Below are positions 22,200 through 27,261 of a DNA stretch of 27,261 nt, one piece after another; position 1 is the stretch's first letter, and the number at the start of each line of letters is the position of its first letter. The stretch is from NCBI GenBank assembly GCA_024626585.2, contig JANKJI020000002.1, positions 175,564,080 through 175,591,340 of the forward strand. Reading direction: 5' to 3'. A program made the position numbers and the translations under genes. The notes beneath the pieces are model-generated. The model saw only the letters and a list, made by a program, of their open reading frames with translations, made no database searches and was not told the origin of the DNA. The DNA comes from Ginkgo biloba (Eukaryota; Plantae; Ginkgophyta).

Positions 22200-23905
22200 C
22201 CAATATTGGCTCCTCTTATAAGAAGAAAGAAAATTATAAGGGGACCTATCGAGAGAAACAACAACCACCACCTCAACCATCCTCATCCGGTCCTTCCAAT
22301 GCTAACAAAGTAAAAGGATAATGGAAATACTGCCACTGCCACAAATGCTATGGACATCAAGTGAGGAGTGTCTTAAATAGAAAAGCATGGAAAAACATAA
22401 GACCTTAGTGACATAGGATGCTGATACACCTGGACAAGAGGAACCCTAAGTACTCCATAACTAGGTTACAACCAATCCGCTCCATTGCAGCCAACATGGA
22501 GCCTCTATTTACTCAGAACTATTAGATCAAAGACTGGATTTGTATGCTTATTTCGGACAATGGCAGCATGAAAAAATTGATTTCTACTAAGCTCGTTGAG
22601 GAGTTGAAGCTACCCACTGAGCCACACCCATTATCGTACAAATTGGGTTGGGTTACCAAAAATGGTCCTACCAACTGTGTTGACAAGGTTTGCAAAGTCA
22701 AATTCACAGAAGACCCTTCATTGATACAGTTACATGCGATGTTTCCTCCACAAATTGCTATGACTTTTTGCTGGGAAAACCGTATCAATATGATCGAGCA
22801 ACAACATATGAAAGTGTTCCAAAAACATACAAGTTGTGTAAGGACCAAAACACCTATCTCATGACCTCCTCCTCTAGCACTAGATCTACAAATCCAACCT
22901 CAACTTCTGCGCTCACGTTGGTGAACGATCCCAATAAGGACCAAAAAATCTATCTCATGACCTCCTCCTCCAACACCAGATCTACAAAGCCAACCTTAGC
23001 TTCTACACTCACGTTGGTGAGCGGTCTCGAGACTAGCAGACTTGCTCCCTCTACCAAGGTTTTCACATTGCTATTTGTGACACAAACACTAGTCACAGGC
23101 ACAATTCCACTCCGTGATTCACAATCACAACCAATTGATATGCAACAACTATTGGAGTCATACCATGACGTCTTTCAGGCCCCAAAAGGGTTACCACCCT
23201 CTCATGCAATTAATCACACAATTGACCTCATTCCTGGTTCCATATTACCAAATGGGCCTATGTACAAGTCCTCTGTTCCTAAAACAATTGAATTATAGGG
23301 GCAGTTGACAAATTTGATAGAGGAAGGAAGCATACAGCCAAGCACCTCTCCTTGCAGGTCCCCAATCCTTCTTGGGCATAAGAAGGATGGCACGTGGCAC
23401 TTATGTGTCGACTACAGGTCCCTCAACAAAATTACAATGAAAAAAAGATACCCTCTGCTGAGAATTGATGATTTATTGAACCAATTACAAGGAGCAAAGT
23501 ACTTCACCAAGATTGACTTGGCTTCAGGTTATCACCAGGGTCGAGTACAAGCCAGTAACACTTGGAAAACAACTTTAAAGACTAAGTTCGGCCTTTATGA
23601 ATGGTTAGTTATGCCTTTTGGCTTAACTAACACTCTTGCCACTTTCATGCATCTCATGAACGACATTCTGTGTCCTTTCATCGGGAAGTTTGTTGTTGTT
23701 TATCTAGACGATATCCTTGTCTATAGCAAGACACAACAAGAGCACTCCTCACATGTTCAACAACTTTTGGAAACCCTTCGGTCCCATCAACTCAAAGCAA
23801 AGCTCTCCAAGTGTTTCTTTGGCCAAAATTCTGTTTCCTATCTGGGTTACATTGTGGATGCTCAGGGCATTAGAGTCGATCCAGAAAAGGTACAGGTTAT
23901 CAGAG
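22200..23905 (+). pseudogene. Ty3/gypsy gag C-terminus (Zn knuckle), aspartic protease and RT
   Basis: YCHCHKCYGH...EC knuckle; LISDNGS..LIS.KLVEELKLPTEPHPLSYKLGW and CDV...DFLLGKP (protease); KKDGTWHLCVDYRSLN, IDLASGYHQ, GLYEWLVMPFGL, VYLDDILVYS (RT). A few stops and frameshifts. Confidence 0.95.
22839..23030 (+). repeat. 96-bp (32-aa) in-frame tandem duplication in the PR-RT linker
   Basis: KDQNTYLMTSSSSTRSTNPTSTSALTLVNDPN / KDQKIYLMTSSSNTRSTKPTLASTLTLVSGLE; units start at 22839 and 22935. Confidence 0.92.
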
Positions 23906-24236
23906 NNNNNNNNNNNNNNNNNNNNNNNNNNNNNNNNNNNNNNNNNNNNNNNNNNNNNNNNNNNNNNNNNNNNNNNNNNNNNNNNNNNNNNNNNNNNNNN
24001 NNNNNNNNNNNNNNNNNNNNNNNNNNNNNNNNNNNNNNNNNNNNNNNNNNNNNNNNNNNNNNNNNNNNNNNNNNNNNNNNNNNNNNNNNNNNNNNNNNNN
24101 NNNNNNNNNNNNNNNNNNNNNNNNNNNNNNNNNNNNNNNNNNNNNNNNNNNNNNNNNNNNNNNNNNNNNNNNNNNNNNNNNNNNNNNNNNNNNNNNNNNN
24201 NNNNNNNNNNNNNNNNNNNNNNNNNNNNNNNNNNNN

Positions 24237-24535
24237 CAAGAAATTATCTTGTATTATTGAATCACAAAGCTTCTACAATAGTTGCTCTCTCTCACTATCT
24301 ACAATTGCATGAGATCAACTCTATTATGTAGAAGAAGAAACGTGTGAATGAATGAATGAGAAAAGAATCAAGGACAATTAGTTACCACTCATTGCATGCT
24401 TATGCATGTGAGAAGGTAAGCTACAACAAGTTGCACGCTCAAGCATGTGTCAAGTCAAACTAAATAAAGTGACACCTAATGCATATGAGAGAAAGGATAA
24501 AATGAATTTAATATTATTTCTAACTCCCTCCTATA
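24237..24535 (-). mobile_element. PPT and 3' LTR (partial) of the copia element
   Basis: Minus strand ATAGGAGGG|AGTTAGAAAT (mutated TGTTAG start at about 24525) directly after the RNase H end, followed by non-coding LTR-like sequence up to the gap. Confidence 0.6.
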
Positions 24536-24539
24536 ATAT

Positions 24540-26049
24540 GAAATTTATTATCCCTCACAAAGAGAAACTTTCTAAACCTTTTGAATTTCTTACTACTCAA
24601 ATCCTTAGTGAGAATATCATCAACTTGATCCTCCATTGGATAGAGAGCAACTTAACTATTTTGCTCTACACCTGCTCCCAAATGAAGTGATGATAAACTT
24701 GCACATGCTTTATCTTAGCATGGAACATGGGGTTCTTTGAAAGATGAATGGCACTCCGGTTATCACAAAATAAAGTTGTAGGATCAACTTCTAGAAGTCC
24801 AAAATGACCAAGGAGTCTCCTTAGCCATATAGCTTCACATGTAGTTGCAACTACTTCCTTGTATTCTGCCTCCGTGGAAGACAAAGATATTGTGGCCTGT
24901 TTCTTGTTGTTCCAAGAAATCATACCAGAATTAAATATGAACACACATCTTGATATAGACTTCCTTTTGTCAGCATCACCTGCCCAATCTGAATTAATGA
25001 AGCCCTGCAAACTAAACTCATTAGATCGTGAGAACATGAGTCCAAATTTGATAGTACCTTTGATGTACCTCAGAATATGCTTCACTGCCTTCCAATGTGA
25101 AATGGATGGAACACTCATGTAACGTGACACAACCCCAACAACATAGCTAATATCAGGCCTAGTGTTAGTAAAATAAATAAGACTGCCCATCAATTGCCTA
25201 CACAATGTAGCATCAACATTCTCCTCATCTGTCTCCTTAGTTAATTTGAGACCAGTTTCTTTAGGTGTAGCCATTGGCGTACAATCCTGGATATGGAAAT
25301 GCCTTAAAAAGATTATGTGCATATTTGGACTATGATACAAATATGCTGTTATCTATTTGCCATATCTCTATGCCGAGATAATAATGCAATAAACCAAAAT
25401 TCGACATTTCAAAGGCTTCACATAATTGATTCTTGAGATAGTCAATCATAGAGGTGTCACTACCTGTAATGATAAGATCGTCTGCATAAAGCATTACAAT
25501 GAGTATTTCTCTCTCCTCATTCTTTACATACAAATTGTGATCCAATTCACATCTAGTGAGTTGATGTGAAGTAAAGTAGTCATCAATGTGTGAATACCAC
25601 GCTCTTAGTGCCTGCTTAAGCCCATATAAGGCTTTCTTCAACCTGCAAACAAGATGCTTTCCAACAACCTGCTTAAAACTTTTAGGCTATTTCATGTAGA
25701 CCTTCTCATGAAGAATACAATTAAGAAATACACTCTTAACATCCATTTGGTGGAGCTCCCAACCAAATTGCGATGCAAGATTGATTAGCATTCGAATGGT
25801 AGTCATCTTTGCTACTAGCGCAAATGTGTCATTGAAATCCACACCTTCGATCTATACATACCCCTTGGCCACAAGTCGATCTTTGTACTTGTCGATCACA
25901 CCATCTAACCTATACTTCACTCAATAGACCCATATGCAACCAATGGTCTTTTTGTTAGAAGGAAGCTCAACAAGATCCCACATGTCATTTCTGAGGATAG
26001 AATCATATTCATCCTGCATGGCTGCTTGCCAATGAGTCGAATCCTTGGC
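24540..26049 (-). pseudogene. Ty1/copia RT and RNase H, degenerate
   Basis: WQAAMQDEYDSI..WDLV.LP, RLVAKGY, HQMDVKS.FLN, LKKALYGLKQA.RAWY, LYADDLIITG, TRPDISY.VG.VSRYM, SDWAGD, SSTEAEY, CDN.SAI.L.KNP.FH...KH. Confidence 0.96.
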
Positions 26050-26105
26050 NNNNNNNNNNNNNNNNNNNNNNNNNNNNNNNNNNNNNNNNNNNNNNNNNNN
26101 NNNNN

Positions 26106-26436
26106 GCATACAAATCACCAGCCGCTCCAGTCTTTACACTCTCAATCCCAAATTCATGAGCATAGGCATATGAAATGGGCTTCATACTTACACCAATTCC
26201 ATTTGGTCATCAAGTACAAGAAAGGGGGACAAAATCAGGTAGCCAATTTCCTTAGGAGACTTCCTATATGTACCTTACTTAGTGTTTTGGACACTAAGTG
26301 TGCCAGGTATACTGAGTGACCAGATCTCTACAACACAGATCCAGACTTTGGGTCAATTTATTCTGCCATTAAAATGCCCTCAAGTCTTAACATGCAGCCT
26401 TATTGAGACTACCATCTTCAGAACGGATTCCTTTGC
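26106..26436 (+). pseudogene. Ty3/gypsy RNase H end and RH-integrase linker
   Basis: HTNHQPLQSLHSQ...RHMKWASYLHQFHLVIKYKKGGQNQVANFLRR...LYNTDPDFGSIY...DYHLQNGFL. Confidence 0.9.
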
Positions 26437-26977
26437 CTCCATTTGGTGGTTTGGAGGATCCATTAGCGATTTTTCATTTGCAGGGTGGTTTGGTGGTTCT
26501 CTCCTTGTGACAATGGTTTCATCTCTTGGGCAGATTTTTTTTTTCACAGGTGGTTTCTTTTTTAGTTGGGCGCTTTTATCGGGTCGATCAAGTGGTTTAC
26601 CTCCCTATGGCTTGGTTTCATCAGGTGGCTATGAGCGGTTGCTCCTCCTCCCCCCTGTTCTGCTCTAGGTGCCCCTGCACCCCCTATCATCGACCCCTTT
26701 GTCCTTGCTGTCTCCCATGGCCCACTAGCCCCAACCACCAATGCCAAGCGCCCAACGACCCATGCCACCTTACATAGCAACCCTATTCACACGCGACTCC
26801 TTGGAAGCTTATGCGCACAGGTGCCTCACCCATGAACCACACCCATGAGCCCTTCCACCACCACCAACGCATCTCAAACACCCCAATGACGTCTTTGACA
26901 CACCTGCAACAAATCAATTAGTGATTTCACAAAACAATTTTGAAAATTCAAATGAGAATTAAGTGCTGCATTCAAAA

Positions 26978-27088
26978 TTTTGATTTTTCCAAAGTTTAAC
27001 ACTTTGGAAAAATTAAAAAAATTTGCATCGGAGTATTTTGCAAAATATTCTGTTTTAAATTAAGGTTTTATAAAGTTTTATTTAAAAC
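26978..27088. repeat. Cluster of three adjacent inverted repeats
   Basis: ATTTTTCCAAAGT-ttaac-ACTTTGGAAAAAT (26983-27013, extendable to 17/18 bp); GAGTATTTTG|CAAAATATTC (27031-27050); GTTTTAAAT...ATTTAAAAC (27052-27088). Confidence 0.85.
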
Positions 27089-27261
27089 TCACTTTATTCG
27101 CCTTTTCGAGTTCAATTTGCACCTCCGGGCTCCAATTTCTACGATTCTCATGCTTATTGACTCCATTTCTCAATGGCTTCAGCACCGATCACCATATTAT
27201 GGATAGTTCCTTATGATTTTACCCCCTTTTTTTGCATTTGCTCAGTTTTTTCTTGTTTTAT

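Overview
AT-rich, CpG-depleted eukaryotic DNA made almost entirely of decayed, nested retrotransposons from a large land-plant genome. A gymnosperm is the most likely source, inferred from CRM-clade gypsy elements that carry type II chromodomains. I found no intact host gene, RNA gene or CRISPR array. The window has 17 N-gaps; seven are exactly 100 N, so it is probably about 8 small scaffolds chained together and long-range adjacency is unreliable. Recognisable content: several Ty3/gypsy remnants (two CRM-type copies with chromodomains, one Athila/Tat-type integrase, a gag-PR-RT element, two other fragments), one Ty1/copia RT-RNaseH with its 3' LTR, L1-type LINE ORF1 and endonuclease fragments, an RTE/RTEX-like RT fragment, and several LTRs with polypurine tracts (PPT). 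The most unusual items are: an ORF1-only LINE piece ending in AATAAA+A16; an ~81-bp array with a conserved core and variable spacers; a 29-bp insert flanked by a perfect 15-bp duplication; two unassigned stop-poor minus-strand frames; and a cluster of three adjacent hairpins. None is demonstrably a new biological system.
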